Assembly: GCA_041389085.1 (NCBI GenBank)
Contig: JAWKSL010000001.1
Span: 102,765 to 166,764, forward strand
From: Minisyncoccota bacterium
Lineage (GTDB): Bacteria > Patescibacteriota > Minisyncoccia > UBA6257 > 1-14-0-10-44-23
DNA length: 64,000 nt
Direction: 5' to 3'
Every line of letters begins with the position of its first letter. Positions within the stretch are counted from its first letter, which is position 1. The position numbers were made by a program, and so were the translations under genes. The notes beneath the pieces were generated by a model that searched no databases, was not told where the DNA came from, and was given only the letters and a program-made list of their open reading frames with translations. Shown here piece by piece: positions 1-10,035 of the stretch.

Positions 1-318
1 CATAGCTCAACGATAAATGGAACTATTATGTAGGTCATAAGCTCTAGTAGATTTATCCCACCGTCGTAGAGAGGAAACATCATCATTCCCTGTATAAAAA
101 TTGCTGCGCCCACCAAGGCAAGGAATATAAGCCACTTCAAAAATTTATTTCTTAACGATGCTTGTAAGGTAAGAAGTACACCCGCAGCTATGCTAAAAAT
201 AGAAAAAAGTCCCTCTGAGTCAATAATTGCACTGAGGACAAAAAATGCTGTAATTAATATTGCGAGGAAGAAAATCTTTTTCTCGTAAGATTGTAGTTCA
301 CTTATTTTCTTAAACATT
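1..318 (-). CDS. membrane protein, N-terminal part only (gene runs off window start)
   Basis: ATG at 318 on minus; hydrophobic translation MFKKISELQSYEKKIFFLAILITAFFVLSAII... open to position 1; not in ORF track because no stop in window. Confidence 0.4.
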
Positions 319-336
319 ACTCTTATTATAAACCAA

Positions 337-364
337 AAAGCCCCGCATTGCGGGGCTTTTTCTA
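337..364 (-). terminator. intrinsic terminator downstream of FKBP gene
   Basis: aaaaagccccgcattgcggggcttttt: GC hairpin flanked by A/T runs. Confidence 0.6.
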
Positions 365-829
365 CTATTTAACTCCGAGGAGCTCTACTTCGAAGTGAAG
401 TGTTGAGTTTGGTGGGATAGAACCTATCGCTCTGTCTCCGTAGCCCATGTATGGTGGGATGGTGAGCTTTCGCACTCCTCCTACCTTCATACCTTCAAAC
501 CCTTGCTCCCATCCCTGAATAACCATACCGCTTCCAAGTACGAAGCTAAATGGGTTTCCTCTGTCGCGGCTGCTGTCGAACTTCGTTCCGTCGTCGAGAG
601 TTCCTACGTAGTGAACTGTTATTTCACTTCCTTTTACTGCCTCTACTCCTTCTCCTACCTTTACGTCTTCGATTTTAAAGTCTTCGTTCATAGTTTCTTC
701 TGTATTTGTTAATTGTGTTTCTTGGTTTGTTTCTCCCTCATCTACCAGAGAGTCTAAGTCTGGCTTATATTTTACTGCCGCGTAGATAATTACTACTGCG
801 AGCACAAGAAATAGTAATACTTTTTTCAT
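365..829 (-). CDS. FKBP-type peptidyl-prolyl cis-trans isomerase, membrane/secreted
   Basis: N-terminal TM/signal; FKBP domain motifs VHYVGTLDDGTKFDSS...GWEQG...GYGDRAIG. Confidence 0.85.
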   Translation of the reverse strand: MKKVLLFLVLAVVIIYAAVKYKPDLDSLVDEGETNQETQLTNTEETMNEDFKIEDVKVGEGVEAVKGSEITVHYVGTLDDGTKFDSSRDRGNPFSFVLGSGMVIQGWEQGFEGMKVGGVRKLTIPPYMGYGDRAIGSIPPNSTLHFEVELLGVK

Positions 830-870
830 ATATAGAGCTGATTATAATTGAAGTCCTTTAGGCTGACAAA

Positions 871-1845
871 CTAGGAAATAGTTTCCTTTATAAACTTCTG
901 AATTTCCTCAAGACCGTCTTCTGTTTCTACGCTGGTGCAGATAACGTTTGGGTTGAGCTTCTTAAGCTCTTTTATTCGCTTCTCTTTTTCCTTGTCTGAA
1001 ATAAGGTCTATTTTTGTGAGTATGATGCACTCATTTTTCTGGCTGAGCTCTTTATCAAAACTCTTGAGCTCGTCCCAAATAGTCTTGTAGTCCTTCTTCA
1101 TGTTTTCTGACTCTGCGCTTATGCAGTGGAAAAGGTAGCGAGTGCGCTTAATGTGGCGAAGAAACTTATCGCCAAGCCCCTTTCCTTTGTGCGCTCCCTC
1201 GATAAGGCCGGGAATGTCTGCAAGAATTGTTTGCACTGCTTTACTGTTGGTTGGGTAAAACACTCCAAGGTTTGCCTCGAGTGTAGTGAAGTGGTAGCTG
1301 GCTACTTTTGCTGTCGCTTCAGTAAGGGCGTTTAAAAGACTGCTCTTTCCTGCGCTTGGGAGCCCGATAAAGCCAGCGTCTGCGATAAGGCGAAGCTCTA
1401 TGTAATATTCAAATTCCTCCTCGCTTCTCCCCTTTTCTGCAAAGTCTGGAGCTTGGCGTTCTGCTGTTCTAAAGTGCCAGTTTCCTCTTCCTCCTTTTCC
1501 GCCTTTTGCGAGGCGCACTTTTTCTCCTACTTCAAGAACTTCGATATCTTCTTTTGTATCGAGGTTGTGCGCGATTGTTCCCACTGGAACTTTGATTATT
1601 AAATCTTCTCCGTTTTTTCCTTTGAGCTTCTTTGTTCCTCCGTCGCCTCCATTTTCTGCCTCAAAAGCTTTTTTAAAGCGGTAGTTTCTAAGCACGCTTA
1701 AATCAGACACTGCCTCCATATAGACACTGCCTCCATTTCCTCCGTCGCCTCCAGTAACGCCTTTTGAGCCTCTGCCCTTCGCAAAAGCTACACGGCCATC
1801 TCCTCCGCGACCTGCACGAACTTTAATTCTTAGCTCATCTACCAT
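871..1845 (-). CDS. obg: GTPase Obg
   Basis: Gly-rich Obg fold N-term (GRGGDGR...GGDGGNGG); G1 motif GLPSAGKSSLLNALT. Confidence 0.9.
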   Translation of the reverse strand: MVDELRIKVRAGRGGDGRVAFAKGRGSKGVTGGDGGNGGSVYMEAVSDLSVLRNYRFKKAFEAENGGDGGTKKLKGKNGEDLIIKVPVGTIAHNLDTKEDIEVLEVGEKVRLAKGGKGGRGNWHFRTAERQAPDFAEKGRSEEEFEYYIELRLIADAGFIGLPSAGKSSLLNALTEATAKVASYHFTTLEANLGVFYPTNSKAVQTILADIPGLIEGAHKGKGLGDKFLRHIKRTRYLFHCISAESENMKKDYKTIWDELKSFDKELSQKNECIILTKIDLISDKEKEKRIKELKKLNPNVICTSVETEDGLEEIQKFIKETIS

Positions 1846-1851
1846 ATAGAG

Positions 1852-2886
1852 CTACTGTTTACCGCTTTCTTTGCCGTTTGCCAAGTGCTCAAGCGCTTGG
1901 TGCGACATTCTACTCTCTACTACCTGGCTCGTACTTACGGCAAAGAAAATGACTGCTGCATAAATACCAAGCATCTGAAATGCGGTGATTGGGATTGATT
2001 TTAGCGAGCCCAAGATAAGAGCGATGTACCAAGACGATATTGATATAGCTCCGCTGGCAAACGCTACGCGGCGGAAGTTTTTAAGCTCTCCGACTTGGTG
2101 GTGGTGGCTCTTTCCGAAAGAAATAGTCATGAGGCGAGGAGAAATGTAGAAGTTGAGAAGCACACCGTTGAAGATAATAATGGCGACGATACCCATCTTT
2201 GCTAAGAACTTTGAAGATACGGCATAGGTGGCTGCAGCAGGAAGGAAAAGCCCGACTCCGCTGAGAACAAGAAGGCCAACTCCCATCCATACTACCTGGC
2301 TCAAGATGCCGAGAATTGAAGACTCGAACTGCGAAATTCTAAAGTCTTTGAGGAAGCGGAAGAAGAAAATGTCTGAAATGGTGGCAGCTCCTACTCCGAG
2401 CGCTACACCGACAAGGTGAAGGATAATCATGAGCGGCTTGAGCACTGCGAGCTGCTCGATAATGGCGCTGTTGAGGTGGAAGACTACGATAAGGAAAATA
2501 ATCGTGGTAATAATCGCTGAGCAAATACACCAGGTACACCATTCTTTGAGCGCGATAGCTTGGATAGCGATAAGGTAGATACTAAAGAGAAATGCTCCAA
2601 GGCTGATGCCAAACAGCATAAAGCTTATCGCTGGACTTGCTATCTGAGGAAAAAGTAGAAGTGTTCCGTAGCTAAAGCCAAGGAAGGCGTAGTAAATCAT
2701 TCCCAAGAGCTCTACTGGAAGGCCAAAGAATTTTGAGTATTCAGAGTGCACTACTTTTGAGCAGTCTGAGCCTACGTAGCAGACCATCGGTTGGTGGCGA
2801 GTCTTTTTGAGTCGAATATAAAGAGCAATAAAGAAGCCTATCCATGCAAGCCCTGCCAAAATTGCGTTTATAACACTGATAGTCAT
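1852..2886 (-). CDS. vitamin K epoxide reductase (VKOR) family membrane protein with extra TM domain
   Basis: Multi-TM; loop Cys pair CYVGSDC and TM CxxC (CTWC) typical of VKOR. Confidence 0.65.
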   Translation of the reverse strand: MTISVINAILAGLAWIGFFIALYIRLKKTRHQPMVCYVGSDCSKVVHSEYSKFFGLPVELLGMIYYAFLGFSYGTLLLFPQIASPAISFMLFGISLGAFLFSIYLIAIQAIALKEWCTWCICSAIITTIIFLIVVFHLNSAIIEQLAVLKPLMIILHLVGVALGVGAATISDIFFFRFLKDFRISQFESSILGILSQVVWMGVGLLVLSGVGLFLPAAATYAVSSKFLAKMGIVAIIIFNGVLLNFYISPRLMTISFGKSHHHQVGELKNFRRVAFASGAISISSWYIALILGSLKSIPITAFQMLGIYAAVIFFAVSTSQVVESRMSHQALEHLANGKESGKQ

Positions 2887-2887
2887 C

Positions 2888-4549
2888 TTATACGTCGTGT
2901 TGGTTGTCTTTCTTCATATGAGCAAGCGCGAAAGCTTTTGTTCCGCCTACCTTTTTGCCTGGGTTGAAAATGTTTTTCGGATCGAACGCATTTTTAACCT
3001 GTTTAAATAATTCTACTACTTTTTCTCCATACATCTGCTCAAGGTATGGCGTGCGGATAATACCATCGTTGTGCTCAGCGGTAATTGATCCGTTGTACTG
3101 CTTTACGAGCGCATAAACTTCGTCTGAAAGCTTAGGGATAACTGCTCTTGCAGTCGCATCTGAAAGATCCATGAGTGGGATGATGTGGAAGTTTCCATCT
3201 CCAATATGCCCGGCGATCGTGTACTGAAGCTTGTCTGAATACTTTGCTACCAGCTCGTTGAGCTTTGGGAAAAATTCTGGAAGGTGTTCAGGCTTTACGA
3301 TAACGTCGTCGATAAATGGAGCTGTCTGCCTTCCTTTTACTTTGTTTCTCAAAAGATTGAAGCTTTCGCGGCGAATTACCCAAAACTCTCTTTCTTCTTC
3401 CTCGCTCTTGGTTATGTGAGTTTTAAGGTTGAGCTTCTTGAGCGCCTCGCTTGCCGCCTGCACATCTTTGTCTATCTGCGCTTCATCGTTTCCGGTAAAT
3501 TCGGCCATTAGTACGAGCTCTGGGAGCCCGCCGGTAAGCATCATCCAAAACTCTGGCAGGAAGTGCACCATCATTTTGAAGAAGTTTTTTGGGCGCAGAA
3601 CTTTTACTAAATCTGGGAAAAACTTCAGTGCGAGCTTGAAGGTGTTTTTGTCGTAAGACTCAAATGTTTCTGGTTTAAAGGCTAAAACTTCGTTTGCTAT
3701 CTGGCCAAGGTTTTTCATATCAGCCTTGCCCATGAAGACAACGAGCATTTTCGAAAGCTTCTTTGGCTGAATAAGTTTGAACTTTATTTCGCTAATAAGG
3801 CCGAGTGTTCCTTGTGAACCCACGAGCAGGCGCGTCATGTCGAAAGTTTCTCCGTCCCACACGTTCCAAAGGAAGTAGCCTGCACTGTTTTTGCTTACTT
3901 TTGGCTTAGCGGCGTCGAGGAGCTCTTTGTTTTGGCTTACTATTTCGTATACCGAACGATAAAGTTGCCCTTCAAAGTTTTGAAGGCGCATCTTCATTTC
4001 CAAATCTACTTTTGAAATTGGTTTAAAGGTGTACTCGTTTCCATCAGCAAGTACTGCCTTGAGCTGCATAACGTAGTCTTCGGTTTTTCCGTACGCAAGC
4101 GTCTTTTCTCCTCCGGCATTGTTGGCCACCATTCCACCGACAGTACAAATTTCTCTACTGGCTGGGTAGCTTGGCATAAGGCGGTCGTGGCGCAGCGTTT
4201 CTTTTTCAAAGTCGCGATAGTAAGTACCTGGCTGCACAATTGCGTATTCTGGAGTAACTTCAACTATTTTGTTGAAGTGAGGCTTCATATCTACCACTAT
4301 TGAGTCGGTAAGCGGACCTCCACTCATACAGGCACCTCCGCTTCGCGCGGTAAGGCTTATGTGTTTACTCTCCCCTCCTTTTTCGCTGGCAAATTTTACC
4401 AGCGCCTTTAAGTCCTCTATGTCTTGAGGCTCCACGATGACTTCTGGCCTCACTTCGAACAAGCTGGCGTCTCTACTCGCGTGCCTGAGTGACTCATCGT
4501 CTGTTTTTACATCTCCTTTTATGACTTCTTTGAGTAGCTGAGATAACAT
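2888..4549 (-). CDS. FAD-binding oxidoreductase (GlcD/D-lactate dehydrogenase-like)
   Basis: FAD-binding PCMH motif ARSGGACMSGGPL; start moved to MLSQLL (4549) because the ORF-track N-terminal extension overlaps the RRM gene and a terminator. Confidence 0.8.
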   Translation of the reverse strand: MLSQLLKEVIKGDVKTDDESLRHASRDASLFEVRPEVIVEPQDIEDLKALVKFASEKGGESKHISLTARSGGACMSGGPLTDSIVVDMKPHFNKIVEVTPEYAIVQPGTYYRDFEKETLRHDRLMPSYPASREICTVGGMVANNAGGEKTLAYGKTEDYVMQLKAVLADGNEYTFKPISKVDLEMKMRLQNFEGQLYRSVYEIVSQNKELLDAAKPKVSKNSAGYFLWNVWDGETFDMTRLLVGSQGTLGLISEIKFKLIQPKKLSKMLVVFMGKADMKNLGQIANEVLAFKPETFESYDKNTFKLALKFFPDLVKVLRPKNFFKMMVHFLPEFWMMLTGGLPELVLMAEFTGNDEAQIDKDVQAASEALKKLNLKTHITKSEEEEREFWVIRRESFNLLRNKVKGRQTAPFIDDVIVKPEHLPEFFPKLNELVAKYSDKLQYTIAGHIGDGNFHIIPLMDLSDATARAVIPKLSDEVYALVKQYNGSITAEHNDGIIRTPYLEQMYGEKVVELFKQVKNAFDPKNIFNPGKKVGGTKAFALAHMKKDNQHDV

Positions 4550-4572
4550 GTTGCCCTTTAGTATATCAGAAT

Positions 4573-4603
4573 AAAAAAGAAACCCTTGCGGGTTTCTTTT
4601 TTG
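4573..4603 (-). terminator. intrinsic terminator after RRM gene
   Basis: aaaaagaaacccttgcgggtttcttttttg hairpin + U-run. Confidence 0.6.
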
Positions 4604-4607
4604 CGTT

Positions 4608-4865
4608 TTATCGCTCTTCGCGTGGGCGAGCTTCGTTGACGTTGATTTCACGTCCTTCGAGCTCCTTTCCGTTGAACATGTCGATAGCCTTTTGAGCATC
4701 ATCGTCACTTTCGTATTCAACGAATCCGAATCCCTTTGAGCGGCCTGAGAACTTGTCGTTGATAACAACTGCATCAGCAACGGTTCCTGCCTGTTCAAAG
4801 TGAGCCTTTAGCGAATCGCTAGTAACACTGTAGGGAAGGTTTCCTACAAAGAGTTTCTTTGCCAT
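4608..4865 (-). CDS. RNA-binding protein (RRM domain)
   Basis: RNP-2 LFVGNL and RNP-1 KGFGFVEY motifs. Confidence 0.85.
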   Translation of the reverse strand: MAKKLFVGNLPYSVTSDSLKAHFEQAGTVADAVVINDKFSGRSKGFGFVEYESDDDAQKAIDMFNGKELEGREINVNEARPREER

Positions 4866-4991
4866 TAACTTTGAGAACTAATTTTAATGAACGCTGTAGA
4901 AGGACCTTCCTATTTGGACGTTTTCAAAAAATACGCTTACACAGGATCTACAAACAATTGCAGAGTAGCACGGGGCTATATTTTGTCCAGT

Positions 4992-5765
4992 CTAGAAGAG
5001 GGTATTCTTGTCTTTTATCTTCCCTTCGAGGCCTTGGCAGACTTTCTTGTATTCACAGTAGTCACAGTCCTTACTTGATGCTGGAATAGAGTCGCTATCG
5101 AGGCATTTCTTGATTTTTTCGAGCGTTGGCTCTATCCAAGCCGTATCTCCGTTTGCCGGAAGGATCATAACGTCGAACTCGAGTTTTCCGTCGAAAGCTT
5201 CTGCATCTTTCTTTCCATTTACATATACAAAGTAGCCGGTGTCGCTTACCTCAAAGCCGTTGTTTCTCAAGAGCCACTGATACACTTCCATTTGGCGTAC
5301 GTACTGCGCGCCCAAGTCTCCTTCAAGGCTTGGCTTTGTGCTTTTTGCCGTCGCTTTGTAGTCGACGACCATGAGCTCTCCTTTCGAATTTTTCCATACG
5401 TCGTCTACCGCTCCGCTGATAGTCATTCCTGTAGGCTCGTGCTTGTGCTGCACTCCTTCAAAGTTTTCGCGCCACTTATCGAGCTCTTCGTGAGAAAAAG
5501 GCACGGCGTCTATACCGTAAGCTTTCATCATTGGGTGCGCCTGTTCCTTTGCACGGTGTATGTCGAACTCGCGCTTCAAAAGTTCGTCGACAGCAATGTT
5601 TAAGGTAAGAGGGAATCCTGGTGGGCGCTTTGTACCAAGCTTGTTGTCTATATAAAAGCAGCGAGGGCATTCGATAAAGAGGTCTATCTTTGAGCGAGAA
5701 AGTTTCCAGTTGCTTCCGCCGTAGTTCCAGTTTGCTCCTCGTTTTGCGCTATAAAATTTTGACAT
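4992..5765 (-). CDS. PD-(D/E)XK nuclease, Cas4/RecB-like with Cys cluster
   Basis: N-term CPRC, nuclease core VVDYKAT, C-term CDYCEYKKVC (Cas4-like 4-Cys arrangement). Confidence 0.6.
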   Translation of the reverse strand: MSKFYSAKRGANWNYGGSNWKLSRSKIDLFIECPRCFYIDNKLGTKRPPGFPLTLNIAVDELLKREFDIHRAKEQAHPMMKAYGIDAVPFSHEELDKWRENFEGVQHKHEPTGMTISGAVDDVWKNSKGELMVVDYKATAKSTKPSLEGDLGAQYVRQMEVYQWLLRNNGFEVSDTGYFVYVNGKKDAEAFDGKLEFDVMILPANGDTAWIEPTLEKIKKCLDSDSIPASSKDCDYCEYKKVCQGLEGKIKDKNTLF

Positions 5766-5803
5766 GTACTTTAGGGTATAAGATTTAATGCGTTGGGTAA
5801 AGT

Positions 5804-6895
5804 TTAGGTGAAGAGGTTTTTGCTGAGTTTTTCTACTCTTAGGCCGATAAGGCGTATCTTTTTCTTTCTTGGGTTTTCTCTGCTATCTAAGAAGGGCATA
5901 AGGAGCTGAAGCGCCTCTGTTTCAAGAATTGGTTTTTTGTTTGTTTCTCTTTCTAGAGTGTGGGCTCTGGTAAGAGTTTGAAAATCTTCGAAGCGCACCT
6001 TTATCGCTACTGTTTTAAACGCCACTCGTTTTTTATTTACTGTGCGCGATACTGAACGAATAAGCTTTTGAAACTCTTCTACTATTTTCGTAGAGTCGAG
6101 CGTGTCTTCTTGGAAAGTGCATTCTTCGCCGATCGATTTCCTCTCTGCTCTTTGCTCAACCTTACTCTCGTCTTCTCCCCTTGCCTTGTCGTACCACTCA
6201 GCCCCGCGCTTTCCGAATTTCTCTTCAAGCTCTTTTTGAGGAAACTTCGTGCGAAGCTCTTTTATTGTTTTTATCCCCGCGTTGTTTAGTGCCTGCTCTG
6301 CTTTTGGACCGATGCCGGGAATGGTGCGAATGTTTTTCGGATCGAGAAAGTTTTGTACATCTTTCTTTTGAATAATAATGAGGCCGTCTGGCTTTTCTTC
6401 GTCGCTGGCTATCTTGGCTATAAGGCGGTTTGGGCCGATACCAATTGAAGCGGTAAGTTTGTGCTTTCGCTTTATGTGAGCCTTTATTTGCTGAGCAAGC
6501 TTTTTAGCTTCACTAAACGTTTTTGTGCTCGATATGTCGGCATACGCTTCATCTATACTCGCTATCTGCAGCTTATCTACTTTCCTTTTTATATATGCAA
6601 AAATTTTCTCGCTTTCAGCTGCGTACTTTTTTATGTTTGGAGCAATAAAGACGGCTTCCGGCTTTCCTTCTGTCTTTGCTTTTTGCGAGTATGTCCATGC
6701 ACGAGAAATTGGCAGTGCGGAGCGAATACCGTATGTGCGCGCTACATAGTTTGCAGTAGAAACAACGCCGCGCCCCTTTCCATCAAGCGGGTCTGAGCCA
6801 ATAACGATTGGCCTACCTTTAAGTCGAGGCCTGTCGCGCTCTTCGACGGCTGCAAAAAAGGCGTCCATGTCTAAATGCATAACTATGCGTGGCAT
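5804..6895 (-). CDS. dinB: DNA polymerase IV (Y-family)
   Basis: MHLDMDAFFAAVEERDRPRLKGRPIVIG... typical DinB N-terminus and HhH region. Confidence 0.9.
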   Translation of the reverse strand: MPRIVMHLDMDAFFAAVEERDRPRLKGRPIVIGSDPLDGKGRGVVSTANYVARTYGIRSALPISRAWTYSQKAKTEGKPEAVFIAPNIKKYAAESEKIFAYIKRKVDKLQIASIDEAYADISSTKTFSEAKKLAQQIKAHIKRKHKLTASIGIGPNRLIAKIASDEEKPDGLIIIQKKDVQNFLDPKNIRTIPGIGPKAEQALNNAGIKTIKELRTKFPQKELEEKFGKRGAEWYDKARGEDESKVEQRAERKSIGEECTFQEDTLDSTKIVEEFQKLIRSVSRTVNKKRVAFKTVAIKVRFEDFQTLTRAHTLERETNKKPILETEALQLLMPFLDSRENPRKKKIRLIGLRVEKLSKNLFT

Positions 6896-6930
6896 ATAGC
6901 CTTAGGATATCAGAAATGACTGAGCCGCAC

Positions 6931-7458
6931 CTATACGGGGTGCGGCTCTGCGAGTTCGCGCTTTTTGGGCGCTTTGATGGGGCTACTTGGCCCCTTTACT
7001 ACCGTGACAGTGAACTTCCACTCGGGAAGCAACCCTCCTGGTGGGTGTTGCGGCATCAGGCTCGGAGGCCTGTCTTCATCGTCGTCGCGATCATCGTCTT
7101 CGTTACTACCCCCAGCCTCCATATAGGAGATGCCGAGGATGCTAGCGATGATAAAGAGTGGCAGCGTAAAGCACTTTGGCCCGAGATTGAAGATAGCTGC
7201 AAAGACTAGGTTGTCCTTGTTTTTGATGGGGCCGATGTGCCCGGCAACAAGCATGTGCACTACCACCATCATCACGGAGGCGATCATGGCGACAGCAGCA
7301 ATCATGAAAGACCGTTGGCTGATGCGGTTGTCCTGCTGCCTGATGCTGCGGGAATGGTGGTGCAGCACCCAACGCACAGGCGCCATCATGATCGCGGAGG
7401 CGACCGTGAGAGCGCACACTACTGCAAAGAGTACCTTGCTTTGGTGATTGCGCTTCAT
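6931..7458 (-). CDS. hypothetical membrane protein (GC-rich island A)
   Basis: ORF with AGGAGG 8 nt upstream of ATG; several TM segments; acidic C-term. Confidence 0.45.
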   Translation of the reverse strand: MKRNHQSKVLFAVVCALTVASAIMMAPVRWVLHHHSRSIRQQDNRISQRSFMIAAVAMIASVMMVVVHMLVAGHIGPIKNKDNLVFAAIFNLGPKCFTLPLFIIASILGISYMEAGGSNEDDDRDDDEDRPPSLMPQHPPGGLLPEWKFTVTVVKGPSSPIKAPKKRELAEPHPV

Positions 7459-7524
7459 GGTCTTGCTCCTCCTTTTGAGCTTTATCTATTTTAGAAGCCT
7501 CGGTCGATGCCCGTCAAACGCCTA

Positions 7525-7553
7525 TTGACATTTTTATATAAATAGGTTATTGT
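7525..7553 (+). promoter_or_regulatory. sigma70-like promoter TTGACA-17-TATTGT
   Basis: perfect -35 at 7525-7530, -10-like at 7548-7553, upstream of 7611 gene; divergent region also has TTGACG-18-TAAAAT on minus strand. Confidence 0.35.
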
Positions 7554-7610
7554 CTTTACTCACCTTCTGAGCGGGATGTTCTCGCTTCGACCAATTTTTC
7601 CGGAGGGATC

Positions 7611-8051
7611 GTGGGAGAAACTCTGACTGTCACGCGCTTCATCGACGGGGCAAGAGGCATCGCAACGGGAGACCGTTCCCTGCCTGTCCTCTTCACCTTC
7701 GAGGAGCTGACGAGATGGCACTACACGAGTGCTCGCGGCGCTTTCTCAACTGGGCCAGTTCGCGACGACTACTACTTCCCTGAGGTGGGAGAGCAGATCG
7801 AGGTGTACGAGCTCTCTGCCAAGGCTGCTCTTCTTGATGGCACTCGCAAGGCCATCGCTTGGGGCAAGCCAGGAGAGTTCGCCGCGCGTAATGCTTCCGC
7901 AGAAAAGGGTCGCAAGACTCTTGAGCGTAAGCGCCTTGAACATGAGGCGGAAAACCAGCTGCGCCAAGCAGCGCGTGCTGCAAGCCAGCGCAAGCGCCCT
8001 CGAGGCACGCAAAAGGGCTCGCAGCGCCACAAGGCTCGCTGTCGATCCTAG
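7611..8051 (+). CDS. hypothetical protein with Lys/Arg-rich C-terminus (GC-rich island A)
   Basis: GTG start with GGAGG 4 nt upstream; followed by terminator. Confidence 0.45.
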   Translation: MGETLTVTRFIDGARGIATGDRSLPVLFTFEELTRWHYTSARGAFSTGPVRDDYYFPEVGEQIEVYELSAKAALLDGTRKAIAWGKPGEFAARNASAEKGRKTLERKRLEHEAENQLRQAARAASQRKRPRGTQKGSQRHKARCRS

Positions 8052-8077
8052 TGTGGGGTTTATACTCACACACCGCT

Positions 8078-8123
8078 GCGCCCGTGCGTTTCCCAAGTGG
8101 AAATGCACGGGCGTTTGTTTTTT
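8078..8123 (+). terminator. intrinsic terminator
   Basis: gcgcccgtgc...gcacgggcg stem then tttgtttttt. Confidence 0.65.
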
Positions 8124-8149
8124 AGATTATAAGACTCTCTTGATAAGCT

Positions 8150-8665
8150 CTATGACTTATCAAACATATTAACTCTCAGTTTTCTCTGTAGAGTTTCTAA
8201 AAATAGACTTAGCGTTTCTAGGGTTGCTTCCTTTTCTTGCTTCCTCTTCATTTCCTCAATGAGCTTTACGTATTCCTCAGGGGTCTTTGGCTTATCTTTT
8301 TCGGCTATTTGCTTTATTAACTCCCCCGCCTCTCCAAAAAGACTTCCCTGATTCTCGGTGTACTTTCTTTCGCGCGCATGAAGATTTCTGTCAATTTTAA
8401 GATTGATAAAATCAATGTCGGCATCTTCATATTCATCTTCGGGCCTCGACTCCCATAGCAAGCCATTAAAAATGTCGTCTCCCTCTTTGTCGAAGCCGAC
8501 CCAAACGTACACTTCATGGCCATTTTCTCCAAAAATCTCCATTTCTGCGTGACCCTCCCGTTTTGCGAATTTGATTCCTGCTTCCTTCGCCAAATCCATT
8601 ACGCCTCCTAAAATGGCGTTTATTCTCTCTTGTGCCTCGTTTCTCTCAAATCCTTGGTTTTCCAT
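8150..8665 (-). CDS. hypothetical protein
   Basis: long ORF, no recognisable motif. Confidence 0.45.
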   Translation of the reverse strand: MENQGFERNEAQERINAILGGVMDLAKEAGIKFAKREGHAEMEIFGENGHEVYVWVGFDKEGDDIFNGLLWESRPEDEYEDADIDFINLKIDRNLHARERKYTENQGSLFGEAGELIKQIAEKDKPKTPEEYVKLIEEMKRKQEKEATLETLSLFLETLQRKLRVNMFDKS

Positions 8666-8666
8666 G

Positions 8667-9203
8667 TTATTTTTTTGCTAGCTTTCCATTATTATCGCAC
8701 GCGGGCGAAAAGATACCTATCTTTCTATCGCGCGCATACTGCTCGAGCTCTCTAAAATATTCTTTTCTTTCAAAGTTTTCGTTTTCATATACTTGAGCAA
8801 GGCCGTTTACTAAAAGCTTCTCTTCAAGAAGCTCTCCGTCTTCCATAAGGATGTGCCGCAAAATTCTATTGAACTGGTCTTTGTCTTTGGCGAGCGGGTC
8901 TTTGTACAAAGAAACCTCTTTGTGCAGCACTTGCTCACGAGAAAATACACTGGCGTCGAATGCCATGCACTCATGGTTTTTATCTTCGTAGTCGAGTTCT
9001 GGCGTATCTACTCCCAGAAGGCGTACTTTTTGAAGTGAGCCATCTTCTCTTTTTACTTGCACTGTATCTCCATCGTATACAAAATTGACCACTACTTTTT
9101 CTAGCTCTTGGTATGCTTCATTCCCCTGCTCCTTTTGTAGTAGTGAGTAGGTAAATACAACTACTGCACACACTACGACTAAAGCTAGGGCTCTCTTTAC
9201 CAT
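8667..9203 (-). CDS. thermonuclease (SNase) family, secreted
   Basis: signal peptide; YDGDTV ... RLLGVDTPE motifs. Confidence 0.8.
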   Translation of the reverse strand: MVKRALALVVVCAVVVFTYSLLQKEQGNEAYQELEKVVVNFVYDGDTVQVKREDGSLQKVRLLGVDTPELDYEDKNHECMAFDASVFSREQVLHKEVSLYKDPLAKDKDQFNRILRHILMEDGELLEEKLLVNGLAQVYENENFERKEYFRELEQYARDRKIGIFSPACDNNGKLAKK

Positions 9204-9207
9204 CTCT

Positions 9208-9441
9208 CTACTCTTTTTCGGTTGGCTCTACGTCGATAAAGCTCTTCTTTGTTTTCGGATTTGTAAGGTACTTGTAGAGCTTTGCTAGAAAGTAAATTCC
9301 TGCGAACACTATCGCTATACTCAGCGCGATAGTGAAAAGTACCGCAAAGACCTGTAGGGCAAATCCTAATAGTACAATTCCGAGCGCAAGCCCAAACCCA
9401 ATTGTTGCGAAGCGAATAACTGTGTCTACTGTTTTTTTCAT
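9208..9441 (-). CDS. small membrane protein
   Basis: two TM helices. Confidence 0.4.
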   Translation of the reverse strand: MKKTVDTVIRFATIGFGLALGIVLLGFALQVFAVLFTIALSIAIVFAGIYFLAKLYKYLTNPKTKKSFIDVEPTEKE

Positions 9442-9443
9442 AC

Positions 9444-9920
9444 TTATTTAAAGTACACCTCTATCTCAAGTGCATTGTCGTTTTCTGGGAGATCTGAAGG
9501 ATTGTCTTTCCTTAGGATTAAAAATCCCTTTTCTCCAAACTCTGGCTTTTCAAACTCGAGCGTAGCGGTGAAATCTACGTAGTCTTCTGTCATCCACTCC
9601 CCATCTGCTGTGGCATAGCTCTCTGCGATTATTTTTCCGTCCCAGTCGGTAAGGATGATTGGGAAGCTGGCTTCAAAAAACCAATACCCGCGAGCCCTTC
9701 CTTCTATAGTAAGCGGCGAGCTAATAGCGTCGCGAGGCTTCGGCGTTTCTATATAGATAAGGTCGTCTTTGTGGTCTACGTATGGCTCTTCTTGAGCTGG
9801 CGGTGTCTTTGTGTCGTCTTCTGTATTTGGCTGATTTTCTCCGTCGCGATTAACCCCAAGGTAGTACCCTACTGCTAATACAAGCGCTGCCACTACAAGT
9901 AAAATGAGTAATTTTTTCAT
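9444..9920 (-). CDS. secreted Gmad2-type immunoglobulin-like domain protein
   Basis: signal peptide from MKKLLILLVV; C-terminal domain SSPLTIEGRARGYWFFEASFPI...LEIEVYF resembles Gmad2. Confidence 0.5.
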   Translation of the reverse strand: MKKLLILLVVAALVLAVGYYLGVNRDGENQPNTEDDTKTPPAQEEPYVDHKDDLIYIETPKPRDAISSPLTIEGRARGYWFFEASFPIILTDWDGKIIAESYATADGEWMTEDYVDFTATLEFEKPEFGEKGFLILRKDNPSDLPENDNALEIEVYFK

Positions 9921-10035
9921 ATTTGTATGTATAGTATCACTTTTTATTCGACGACACACTTTGACTTTTCTTTCTCTTTATCGCACAATGGCTTTCTGTG
10001 CCTAAAGGTGGCACAGATGACACGGGAGGCAATTC

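Noticed and set aside
2888-4798. 636 aa ORF as called in the six-frame track
   Set aside because: N-terminal 83 codons overlap the RRM gene and a terminator hairpin. Real start is the internal Met at 4549.
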